From contig MNZH01000004.1 in NCBI GenBank assembly GCA_001873515.1, positions 1-28,299 on the forward strand: a stretch of DNA of 28,299 nucleotides. Direction: 5' to 3'. Made by a program: the position numbers and the translations under genes. Source of the DNA: Parcubacteria group bacterium CG2_30_45_37 (lineage in GTDB: Bacteria; Patescibacteriota; Patescibacteriia; Patescibacteriales; GWC2-42-12). The notes below the pieces were generated by a model. The model made no database searches. It was not told where the DNA came from and saw only the letters and a list, made by a program, of their open reading frames with translations. This document shows, piece after piece, positions 8,067 through 15,894 of the stretch. The first letter of the stretch is position 1. Each line of letters opens with the position of its first letter.

Positions 8067-9452
8067 ATGCCAAAAATGTTTAAGAAAAAAGAGGCGGAAG
8101 AAAAAATTTTTAAAGTTAAGCGCGGCAAATTTATTTCTCGTCTTAGGGGCATGAAAGATATTTTGCCGGACGAATACAAATATTGGAATTTAGTGATAAA
8201 AAAAGCTTCGGAGTTGTCCAAGGCTTATGGTTTTAGGCGCTTGGAAACTCCGATTTTAGAAAATCTAGAGCTTTACGAGCGTTCTAGCGGCCGGGCTTCG
8301 GACCTAGTCACCAAGGAAATGTTTTCTTTCGTAGATAAAAACGACGATAAAATCGCCCTGCGGCCGGAAGCCACGCCGGGCCTGGTTCGGGCTTACGTTG
8401 AACACGGCATGTTCAATCTGCCTCAACCGGTAAAATTGTTTTGGCTCGGCCCGGTCTTCCGCCATGACAAGCCCCAGGCCGGCCGCTTCCGCCAGTTCAG
8501 CCAATTCAACCTAGAGACCATCGGCGAACCCAGCCCGGTGGCCGATGCCGAGCTGATCGCTCTAACTTATTATTTTTTTAGCGAGCTGCAATTGGAAGTG
8601 GCGATTCAGATAAACAGCATCGGTTGCGCGCTTTGCCGCAAGGAATACTTGGTTAAACTGGATAATTTTTATAAAGAGCGCGGCCGGCGCGCCAAGCTCT
8701 GCCAGACTTGCAAAAAAAGATTAGCGAAAAACCCCTTGCGCTTGCTGGACTGCAAAGAAAAACAATGCCTGGAAATAGCCGGCGAAGCGCCGCAAATCGT
8801 GGACAGCTTGTGCGACGACTGCCGTAACCATTTTATAAAAGTCTTGGAATATTTGGACGGCTTGGACATTCCTTATAATTTGAACCCAACTTTGGTCAGG
8901 GGACTGGATTATTATAACCGCACGGTTTTTGAAATTTGGCCATCCTCCGCTGAAGCTACGGATGGTAAACCCGCCGAGGCGGAAGCGCTTAGAAATGAAC
9001 AGCCCAGACAAAACGCCTTGGGCGGCGGCGGCCGGTATGACGGTTTGGTTGAACATTCGGGCGGTCGGCCCACTGAAGCTTGCGGTTTTGCCATCGGCCT
9101 GGAAAGAGTGATTTTAAAAATCAAAGAGAAAAATATTCCGCTTAAGGATGAAGAAAAGGGTGATATCTTTCTGGCGCAACTGGGCGACCAGGCCAGAAGG
9201 AAAATTATGCTTTTATTTGAAGAACTGCGCAAGTCGGGCTTGAGCGTGCGCCAAGCGTTTACCAAAGACAGCCTAAAAGCGCAGTTGGAAGTGGCTAATA
9301 AAATGGGGGTGAAATATACTTTGATTTTGGGCCAGAAGGAGATTATGGACGGAACGATTTTAATCCGCGACATGGAGTCGGGCATTCAAGAGGTGATTGA
9401 TTATAAAAAAATCGCCGTTGAGCTGGAGAAGAGATTGAGTAACAATAAATAA
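8067..9452 (+). CDS. hisS: Histidine--tRNA ligase
   Basis: RGMKD, LRPEATPG, RHDKPQAGRFRQFSQ, LVRGLDYY, GGGGRYDG, GFAIGLER and an anticodon-binding domain. Confidence 0.97.
   Translation: MPKMFKKKEAEEKIFKVKRGKFISRLRGMKDILPDEYKYWNLVIKKASELSKAYGFRRLETPILENLELYERSSGRASDLVTKEMFSFVDKNDDKIALRPEATPGLVRAYVEHGMFNLPQPVKLFWLGPVFRHDKPQAGRFRQFSQFNLETIGEPSPVADAELIALTYYFFSELQLEVAIQINSIGCALCRKEYLVKLDNFYKERGRRAKLCQTCKKRLAKNPLRLLDCKEKQCLEIAGEAPQIVDSLCDDCRNHFIKVLEYLDGLDIPYNLNPTLVRGLDYYNRTVFEIWPSSAEATDGKPAEAEALRNEQPRQNALGGGGRYDGLVEHSGGRPTEACGFAIGLERVILKIKEKNIPLKDEEKGDIFLAQLGDQARRKIMLLFEELRKSGLSVRQAFTKDSLKAQLEVANKMGVKYTLILGQKEIMDGTILIRDMESGIQEVIDYKKIAVELEKRLSNNK
8940..8982. repeat. Short palindromic element inserted in frame in hisS
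   Basis: CCATCC-TCCGCTGAAGCTAC-GGATGG then CCGCC-GA-GGCGG; the 14 nt core matches 10/14 the core of the copy at 27174-27199. Confidence 0.7.
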
Positions 9453-9471
9453 CCTAAACTAAATAGAAAGC

Positions 9472-9477
9472 GAGGTG
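9472..9477 (+). promoter_or_regulatory. Shine-Dalgarno of rpsU
   Basis: GAGGTG, 5 nt before the GTG start. Confidence 0.75.
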
Positions 9478-9482
9478 GACCC

Positions 9483-9719
9483 GTGGCAGAGTTTAAAAGA
9501 AAAAAAGGCGAAAGCTTTGAAAGTTTTTTGAGGAGATTCAACAAAAAAATGCAACAAAGCGGCAAATTATATTTGGCCCGCCAGGTTCAACATGTTCAGC
9601 CGAAAATTAATAAGACGCAGCAGAAAAAACGCGCTTTGGTCGGCATGAAGCTAAAGTCAAAAAGAGAATATTTGAAAAAAATCGGCAAACTTAAAGAAGA
9701 GCCGAGAAAAAGATGGTAA
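9483..9719 (+). CDS. rpsU: 30S ribosomal protein bS21
   Basis: 78 aa, very basic, GESFESFLRRFNKK pattern typical of bS21; classical rpsU-yqeY order. Confidence 0.85.
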   Translation: MAEFKRKKGESFESFLRRFNKKMQQSGKLYLARQVQHVQPKINKTQQKKRALVGMKLKSKREYLKKIGKLKEEPRKRW

Positions 9720-9723
9720 GATA

Positions 9724-9758
9724 TAACAATTAACAGTTAACCATTAACTATTAACCTG
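9724..9758. repeat. Degenerate heptamer tandem array (TAACNNT)x5 abutting the yqeY start
   Basis: TAACAAT TAACAGT TAACCAT TAACTAT TAACCTG then ATG. Confidence 0.75.
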
Positions 9759-10208
9759 ATGAGCAGTCTTATAGAAAAAATAAATAGCGACCTGAAAGCG
9801 GCGATGATGGAAAAGCGCGCCGATGAGTTGTCGGCCTTAAGAATGCTGATTGCCGCCGCGCATAATAAAGAAATCAGTATTCGTGAAAAAGGCGCGGCTG
9901 AATTGTCCGACGAGCAGATTATTGAAGTGGTGGCCAGCGAAATTAAAAAACGTAAAGATTCCGTGGAAGCATATGTTGCTGGCGGCCGGCCGGAGCTGGC
10001 GGATAAAGAAACCACGGAAATAAAAATACTGCAAAAATATTTGCCGGCGCAGTTGTCTGATGGCGAGCTGGAGAAAATTGTTCAGGAAGTCGTGGCATCG
10101 GGCGCTGATAATTTCGGCAAAGTGATGGGTCAGGTGATGGCGCGCGTTAAAGGCAAAGCCGCTGGCGCTCGCGTCGGCGAGCTGGTGAAAAAGTTGTTGG
10201 TGAGATAG
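9759..10208 (+). CDS. yqeY: GatB/YqeY domain protein
   Basis: DLKAAM, LSALRML, KKRKDSVEAY..GGRPELA..E..EI.IL.KYLPAQLS, FGKVMG. Confidence 0.92.
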   Translation: MSSLIEKINSDLKAAMMEKRADELSALRMLIAAAHNKEISIREKGAAELSDEQIIEVVASEIKKRKDSVEAYVAGGRPELADKETTEIKILQKYLPAQLSDGELEKIVQEVVASGADNFGKVMGQVMARVKGKAAGARVGELVKKLLVR

Positions 10209-10221
10209 ATTGCTGCTTGGG

Positions 10222-10250
10222 TTGGATGGAAAAATAAATTAAGCTATAAT
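10222..10250 (+). promoter_or_regulatory. sigma70-type promoter of the hydrolase gene
   Basis: TTGGAT, 17 nt spacer, TATAAT; ATG at 10280. Confidence 0.6.
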
Positions 10251-10279
10251 TAAAGCATAATTATTTTTAATTATATTTT

Positions 10280-12032
10280 ATGAAGAGGAGGATTTTTTTC
10301 ACCCCGTGAAATAATTTTGCTTTTGAGCAAAATTCCCGTTTACGGGATTTCACGGGGTGAACCCCGTGAAATAATTTTGCCAAAGGCAAAATTAGCGCGG
10401 AGCGCTATTTCCTGGGGTAAATTTAGCCTGCCGATTTTGCTTTTGGCCTGGTTTTTTGTTTGGGGCGGGCCGGCCAAAGCGGCCGATGTCGTAATTACGG
10501 CTGACACGGTTTGGTCTAAAGGCGAGGTCAGAGTGATTGACGGCGACGAAGGTTTGGCGGTCATGCCGGGCGCGAAATTAACCATTGAAGCCGGCGTAAT
10601 TATCAAGCTGGCGCCGAACAATGCGATTATGGTAATGGGAGAATTAGATATTCAGGGCAGCGCGGTCGAACCGGTAATTATCACCTCGTTAAAGGACGAC
10701 AGCGCGGGCGGGGACACCAATGGAGACGGAAACAGCGCCGCGCCGGCACCGGGCGATTGGCACGGCATTTTCGCCAACAGCCCTGACGCGCGAATTGAGA
10801 TTGATTACGCGCGCATCAGCTACGGCGGAGGCTATTTTGACAACGAATCAGCTCTTTTGGCAATCAATCAGGCGGCTGAATTAAACTTGAGCCACAGCCA
10901 GATTGTTAATAATAAAGGCCTTATCGCAATTAACCAGGCCTTGGTTGCCAAGATAAACTACTCCAACATTTTCAATCCTGATTTTTGCCTTGACCAAGAT
11001 CCATTCGGCATGGAAATTCCCCTGACTTATTGCGGCGGGCCGACCGTGTTTTATAACGGCGCCACCGCGCTTGACGCGTCCAATAATTACTGGGGGCATG
11101 AGGCTGGGCCGACTTTGTTTGAGCAGATGAGCGGTCAGTCAGACATCAAGGGCACGGCCATTAGCGGCAATATCAATTATCAGCCGTTTTTGACTTCGCC
11201 TTGGTTAGCCGAGCCGGCGCCGGCCGAACCGGAGCCGGTGATTTTGATTCCGGGCATCTTAGGCAGCTGGAACATTTCCGGCCGCTGGCAGATTGACCCG
11301 ATTTTCCATACTTACGACAATCTAATGGAAGCTTTGATCGCGGCTGGCTACCGGGAAAGCAGTTTAGGCCAGGACCAGCCGACTTTATTTACTTTTCCTT
11401 ACGACTGGCGGGCCGACAATAACATCACGGCCGGACTGCTAAAAGAAAAAATCAGGCAGGTTAAAGAAATAACCGGCGCGGATAAGGTGGATTTGGTGGC
11501 CCACTCCATGGGCGGCCTGGTGGCGCGGTCGTATATTCAAGGCGACGGTTATCAGGATGACGTTGACCAAGTGATATTTTTAGGCACGCCGCATTTGGGA
11601 GCGGTGGAAAGTTATTTGAAGTATGAAGGGGCGTATTTTCAGAGTAATTTTGTGCCTTTGCAAAAATATCTATTCCAAGTTGAGGCCGCTACTCAAGGTT
11701 ATTTGGACTTAACTGATTACATTAGAGTTCAAGTTCCTACAGTTGAACAATTATTGCCTATTTACGATTACCTAAAAGACAAACAGCCGGACGACTCCTG
11801 GCAACTGCGACCCTACCCGTTAAATTATCCGCAAAATAATTATTTGGAACAATTAAACAGCCAAGCAAACACGGCTTTGTTGAATCAAAGAGTTGATATC
11901 ACTAATATTGTAAGCGATTTGGGCGCTGACAGCACCTTAAATTATCTTAAAGTAATCGCTGATCCGGATACAACCGACAATCAATGGCAGTCCGGCTACC
12001 CCGAAGATTTGGATAATAATTTAATAGATTAA
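10280..12032 (+). pseudogene. Secreted beta-helix + alpha/beta-hydrolase (PGAP1/LCAT-like lipase/acyltransferase) gene, frameshifted at 5' end and apparently truncated at 3' end
   Basis: Beta-helix-type N-region (LTIEAGVIIK, PVIITSLKDD..GGDTNGDG), hydrolase motifs PVILIPGILGS, FPYDWR, AHSMGG, LGTPHLG. Original signal peptide split by a repeat at 10301-10418. The ORF ends at the IS200 left end with no recognisable catalytic Asp/His region (GDGTV-like). Confidence 0.75.
10298..10418. repeat. Tandem pair of 58 bp branched palindromes (ACCCCGTGAAAT...ATTTCACGGGGT family)
   Basis: Units 10301-10358 and 10361-10418 share the first 20 nt; each has an outer stem and two inner hairpins. Related element at 17615-17707. 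Confidence 0.9.
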
Positions 12033-12632
12033 GAAATCCACCGGCGTAGCCGGTCGTCCACGGTTTCCTCTTGCGGACGAAGTCAGTTTGAACTATGGTA
12101 TAGGCATAATTCAGTAAAATAATTAAGCCTATGCCTCAAGACAAACTAAGTAAATACCGCCGGCAATCCCACGCCACCTACGATTGCCGCTACCACTTGG
12201 TCTGGGTAACAAAATATCGTTTTCGCGTCATTGACAAGGAAGTAGAAATAGCCTTGAAATGGGCGATTAAAGATATTTGCGACTGGAAAGATATCGAGAT
12301 TCTGGAAGGAGCGGTTAAAGCAGAACATATTCATCTGTATCTGCAAATCCCGCCAAAATACTCTATTTCCGACGTAATGAAATGGCTGAAAGGCAAAAGT
12401 TCGGAACGATTGCTGCAAAAATTTCCCGCTTTGGAAAAACAATATTGGGGCAGACATTTGTGGGCCAGAGGCTACTTTGTCTCTACCGTAGGCATCACAG
12501 ATGACATCATCAGACAGTACATCCAAAAACAGCGTGATGAAGAACTGCGGGAATTTGTCGGCAAGTGGAAACCTTAAAAGGACAAAGTCCGTGTCGAGAG
12601 TTTAATTCCACCGACAGGGTCGGTGGTAGTTT
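12030..12632 (+). mobile_element. IS200/IS605-family insertion sequence (tnpA only); ends approximate
   Basis: Y1 transposase flanked by related subterminal hairpins: CCACCGGC-GTA-GCCGGT (12038-12054) and CCACCGAC-AGG-GTCGGTGG (12608-12626); no tnpB. Confidence 0.85.
12131..12577 (+). CDS. tnpA: IS200/IS605 family transposase (HUH/Y1)
   Basis: YHLVWVTKYR, HUH motif EHIH, KGKSS, LWARGYFVSTVG, IRQYIQKQ (catalytic Tyr); appears intact. Confidence 0.96.
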   Translation: MPQDKLSKYRRQSHATYDCRYHLVWVTKYRFRVIDKEVEIALKWAIKDICDWKDIEILEGAVKAEHIHLYLQIPPKYSISDVMKWLKGKSSERLLQKFPALEKQYWGRHLWARGYFVSTVGITDDIIRQYIQKQRDEELREFVGKWKP

Positions 12633-12635
12633 AAA

Positions 12636-12662
12636 AGCAATGTGCAGTTTTTGCACATTGCT
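12636..12662. other. Perfect 11 bp inverted repeat between IS right end and NYN gene
   Basis: AGCAATGTGCA-GTTTT-TGCACATTGCT; function unknown. Confidence 0.6.
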
Positions 12663-12677
12663 AAATGAATATAAATT

Positions 12678-13211
12678 ATGATAAAATCCGAAAACAATTA
12701 TGCTTTTATAGATAGCCAAAATTTGAATTTGGGAATCAGAGAGCTTGGCTGGGCATTAGATTATAAAAAGTTCCGTATTTATTTAAAGGAAAAATATGGT
12801 GTAACTGCGGCTTATATGTTTATCGGTTATATTCCCGAAAATAGTGATATGTACGCCGCCTTGCAGAAATCCGGATTTATTTTAAAGTTTAAGCCGGTTT
12901 TGCCGAATAAAGATGGTTCACATAAAGGCAATATTGACGCTGATTTAGTTTTGCAGGCAATGATTGATTTTTTTGAAAATAAATTTGATAAGACAGTTAT
13001 TGTGACGAGCGACGGAGATTTTTATTCTTTGGTTAAATATATCTATGACCATGGCCGTCTTAAAGCGGTAATTAGTCCGCATCAGAAAACCTGCTCTACT
13101 TTATTAAAAAAAACTGCCAGAGAAAAAATTATTTTTATTGATAATTTAAGAAACAAACTTGAATATAAAAAAGCACCGCTTAAGGACGGAACCTTAAGAG
13201 GTGCTTTTTAA
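12678..13211 (+). CDS. NYN/LabA-DUF88 (PIN-like) domain protein, putative ribonuclease
   Basis: Acidic motifs FIDSQN, KGNIDADL, VTSDGDFYSL; visibly AT-richer than neighbouring core genes. Confidence 0.9.
   Translation: MIKSENNYAFIDSQNLNLGIRELGWALDYKKFRIYLKEKYGVTAAYMFIGYIPENSDMYAALQKSGFILKFKPVLPNKDGSHKGNIDADLVLQAMIDFFENKFDKTVIVTSDGDFYSLVKYIYDHGRLKAVISPHQKTCSTLLKKTAREKIIFIDNLRNKLEYKKAPLKDGTLRGAF
13168..13209. terminator. Probable bidirectional terminator overlapping the last codons of the NYN gene
   Basis: AAAAAGCACC..CTTAAGG-loop-CCTTAAG..GGTGCTTTTT. Confidence 0.7.
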
Positions 13212-13319
13212 TGTGTATTCTATTATTAGAATAGCAGATTTTTTATAAAAGTCAAGTAAAATTGATAAAAAGAGCGAATAATAGATAAAAATTATTGTTA
13301 ATTTATTGAAATAAATTCT

Positions 13320-13364
13320 GGATTCCCGCCGGAGTTTATCCGCCTCTGGCGGGCGGGAATGACA
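13320..13364. repeat. Half palindromic element, GGATTCCCGC...GCGGGAATGACA type, with nested CCGCC-TCT-GGCGG
   Basis: Resembles the right half (GAGATTGC...GCAATGACA) of the elements at 5745 and 25101; ends 10 nt before the next start codon. Confidence 0.65.
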
Positions 13365-13374
13365 GAGAAAATAT

Positions 13375-14313
13375 ATGTTTACCAAAAATTTTAAGCATTT
13401 AACTTATAAAGACGTGGGCATTGCCGGCGGCAAAGGGGCGAGTTTAGGCGAGATGACGCAGGTTGGCTTGCTGATTCCGCCCGGGTTCGTTGTTTTAGCG
13501 AGTGCGTTTGACAGATTTTTGGAAGAAACCGATTTAGAAATGGAAATTTCCTCGGCCTTAAAAAGGGTGAATTATAAGGACGTGAATTCGGTAGATAAGG
13601 CGTCAAACGTGATACGAGATTTAATTCATGATAAGGTTATGCCGGCCGACATAAAAAAAGAAATTTTAGCAGAATTTAAAAAATTGAAAGTCAAATTCGT
13701 GGCCGTGCGCTCGTCGGCTACGGCCGAAGATTCGTCGGTCGCTTCCTGGGCCGGCGAGCTAGAAACCTATTTAGATACGACTGAAAAAATGCTCGTGGAA
13801 AATGTAAGAAAATGCTGGTCGTCGTTGTTTACGCCTCGGGCAATTTTTTACCGGCAAGAAAAAGAGATGTTAAAAACCAAAGTTAGCGTAGCCGTGGTAA
13901 TTCAAGAGATGATAGCGTCGGAAATTTCCGGCATTGTTTTTACCGTGCATCCGGTAACCAAAAATAAAAATCAGATGATTATTGAAGCCGGCTGGGGGCT
14001 CGGGGAAGCAATAGTTTCCGGCCAGGTTACGCCGGACGCTTATATTATAGATAAACGAGATTTATCTATAATAGATATAAATATCGCTAAACAGGAAATG
14101 ATGATAATTAGAAAAGCCGGCGGCGGCATTAAACATGCGGCCGTTTCTAAAGCTAAATTAGAAAAACAGAAATTAAACGGCAAGCAGATTGTGGCGTTGG
14201 CGAGAATTTGCGCGCAGATTGAAAAACATTATAAAAAGCCGCAGGACATAGAATGGGCCATGGCCAAAGGAAAAATATATATAACACAGTCAAGGCCGAT
14301 TACGACGTTGTAG
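13375..14313 (+). CDS. Stand-alone PEP/pyruvate-binding (PPDK_N, ATP-grasp) domain of PEP synthase type
   Basis: GGKGASLGEM, PPGFV, AVRSSATAED, AGELETYL, VAVVIQEM, EAGWGLGEAIVSGQVTPD, PQDIEWA, QSRPIT; no phospho-His or TIM-barrel domain. Confidence 0.92.
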   Translation: MFTKNFKHLTYKDVGIAGGKGASLGEMTQVGLLIPPGFVVLASAFDRFLEETDLEMEISSALKRVNYKDVNSVDKASNVIRDLIHDKVMPADIKKEILAEFKKLKVKFVAVRSSATAEDSSVASWAGELETYLDTTEKMLVENVRKCWSSLFTPRAIFYRQEKEMLKTKVSVAVVIQEMIASEISGIVFTVHPVTKNKNQMIIEAGWGLGEAIVSGQVTPDAYIIDKRDLSIIDINIAKQEMMIIRKAGGGIKHAAVSKAKLEKQKLNGKQIVALARICAQIEKHYKKPQDIEWAMAKGKIYITQSRPITTL

Positions 14314-14329
14314 GCATGTAATGACAGCT

Positions 14330-14371
14330 GTATGCCAAAAGCATACGATTGTATAGTTAATAGCATACAAT
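14330..14371. promoter_or_regulatory. Candidate operator region upstream of the GHKL gene
   Basis: GTATGC-N5-GCATAC (14330-14346), ATTGTAT-N10-ATACAAT (14348-14371), GCATAC repeated 22 bp apart. Confidence 0.4.
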
Positions 14372-14404
14372 TTAATACCATTACCTAAATTTGTAATAAT
14401 CTAT

Positions 14405-15868
14405 ATGTTTAATAAAACCAATAAAATCAGAGTTACGGTGGACAAAAGCCATCTGTTTACCTTGGGCGAAAAAATGTACCGCGAAAGCATTGAGTTCGTG
14501 CGCGAGCTGGTCAATAACGCTTACGACGCTGACGCTACCGACGTTTTGGTTTTAATCGCGGACGATAAAATCGAGGTGGCCGATAACGGCGCCGGCATGA
14601 ATACTAAAGGGCTGGAACAGTTTTTTACCATTGGCTCGGAAGAAAAAAGGACGCACGGCGTCTCGCCCAAATTCGGCCGCAAGCGCATCGGCCAGTTCGG
14701 CATCGGCAAATTCTCGGCCTTGGCCTTAGCCGACGAATTTATTGTGGAAAGCGTCAGAGGAAAATACAAATATACCGTGGTGTTCAGCCGCGCTTCCTGG
14801 AAAAGCGACCAAAGCTGGGACCTGCCGATAAAAAAAGAAGAGGCCACCGCCTTAGACAAAGAAGGCACAAAAATAATTTTAAACCATTTGACGAAAAAAG
14901 TGAGCCTAGCCGAGGCGGAAAAATATTTAAGAGAATCGGTGCCGTTGCGCGCCAAAAAATTCAGCGTTTATTTAAACAATAAAAAGGTCAGCGCCCGGAC
15001 CGTGCCCGGCCGAATTATTCCGTTTAATATTAAAACTATGTACGGCTTGATCGAGGGAGAAGTTATCGTGGCCTTGGACGCGCGCGACGTTTTGGAACCG
15101 GGCATGGAATGCCGCGTCAAGCAGGTGTTGATTAAGCGCGATTTGTTCGGCGTTGAGCGCAAATATCATCATGGCCTTAATAAAATCACTGGCTCGGTCA
15201 ACGCTGATTTTTTGCCCTTGATTTCCGCGCGTACGGATTTTGTGATTGACAGTCCGGAATATAAATTGTTTTATCAGCTGATGCAAAAGCAGCTGGAGTC
15301 GGTGTTGGCAGATTTAAAAAAGCAAAGCGAGACTAAGAATTTTAAAAAAATCAATCAAGAACTGGCCGAGGTAATGAAGCAGATTAAAGACGCGCTAATA
15401 CTTAATCCGGATTTTGTGCCGGCCGGCCGAGCCGTGACGCGGCTTAAGCGGGCCGGACGGGCAGTCGGAGCTTTGGCCGGAGTTGATTTGGATAAAAGGG
15501 AAATAAAAAATAAAAATGAAACGGCTGTTAAAACTGAAAAATCAGAAAAGCCGGAAGCTCAACCTGAACCGAAAATTCAGGCTAAGCCGCTGGTGGTTAA
15601 AAAAATTAGATTGAAAAAATTAGGCATTTCCTGCGGCGTGGTTAGTCTGGGCGAGGACGGGCCGGAAGTATTGAGTCAAGGCAATTTGATTTATATCAAT
15701 CAGGACCATCCGCTTTACCAGAAATTTTATAAAAAACGGGAGCAGTTTATCCTTAATTTAATGCGCCTCATAACACAGGAAATTGTGCTCATGAAAAAAT
15801 CGCGCATCACGGCCGCCGAGGCCTTTAGCTGGCAAAGCAAGCTGTTACAGGACGCTTTAAGCAAATAA
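14405..15868 (+). CDS. Stand-alone GHKL (Hsp90/MutL/MORC-like) ATPase
   Basis: Bergerat-fold motifs RELVNNAYDA, DNGAGM, GQFGIGK, GTKI; S5-like second domain, predicted coiled coil, charged linker, C-terminal IYINQDHPLY; no nuclease motif recognised. Confidence 0.88.
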   Translation: MFNKTNKIRVTVDKSHLFTLGEKMYRESIEFVRELVNNAYDADATDVLVLIADDKIEVADNGAGMNTKGLEQFFTIGSEEKRTHGVSPKFGRKRIGQFGIGKFSALALADEFIVESVRGKYKYTVVFSRASWKSDQSWDLPIKKEEATALDKEGTKIILNHLTKKVSLAEAEKYLRESVPLRAKKFSVYLNNKKVSARTVPGRIIPFNIKTMYGLIEGEVIVALDARDVLEPGMECRVKQVLIKRDLFGVERKYHHGLNKITGSVNADFLPLISARTDFVIDSPEYKLFYQLMQKQLESVLADLKKQSETKNFKKINQELAEVMKQIKDALILNPDFVPAGRAVTRLKRAGRAVGALAGVDLDKREIKNKNETAVKTEKSEKPEAQPEPKIQAKPLVVKKIRLKKLGISCGVVSLGEDGPEVLSQGNLIYINQDHPLYQKFYKKREQFILNLMRLITQEIVLMKKSRITAAEAFSWQSKLLQDALSK

Positions 15869-15894
15869 AATTTTACCGAAGTCAGATTAACGAA

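Noticed and set aside
10298-10418. Repeat pair considered as a mini CRISPR array
   Set aside because: Only two units, each a self-contained palindrome; no spacer structure, leader or cas genes.
11620-12030. Apparent drop in GC in the 3' part of the hydrolase gene (possible mosaic)
   Set aside because: Visual impression only; needs a sliding-window GC3 calculation.
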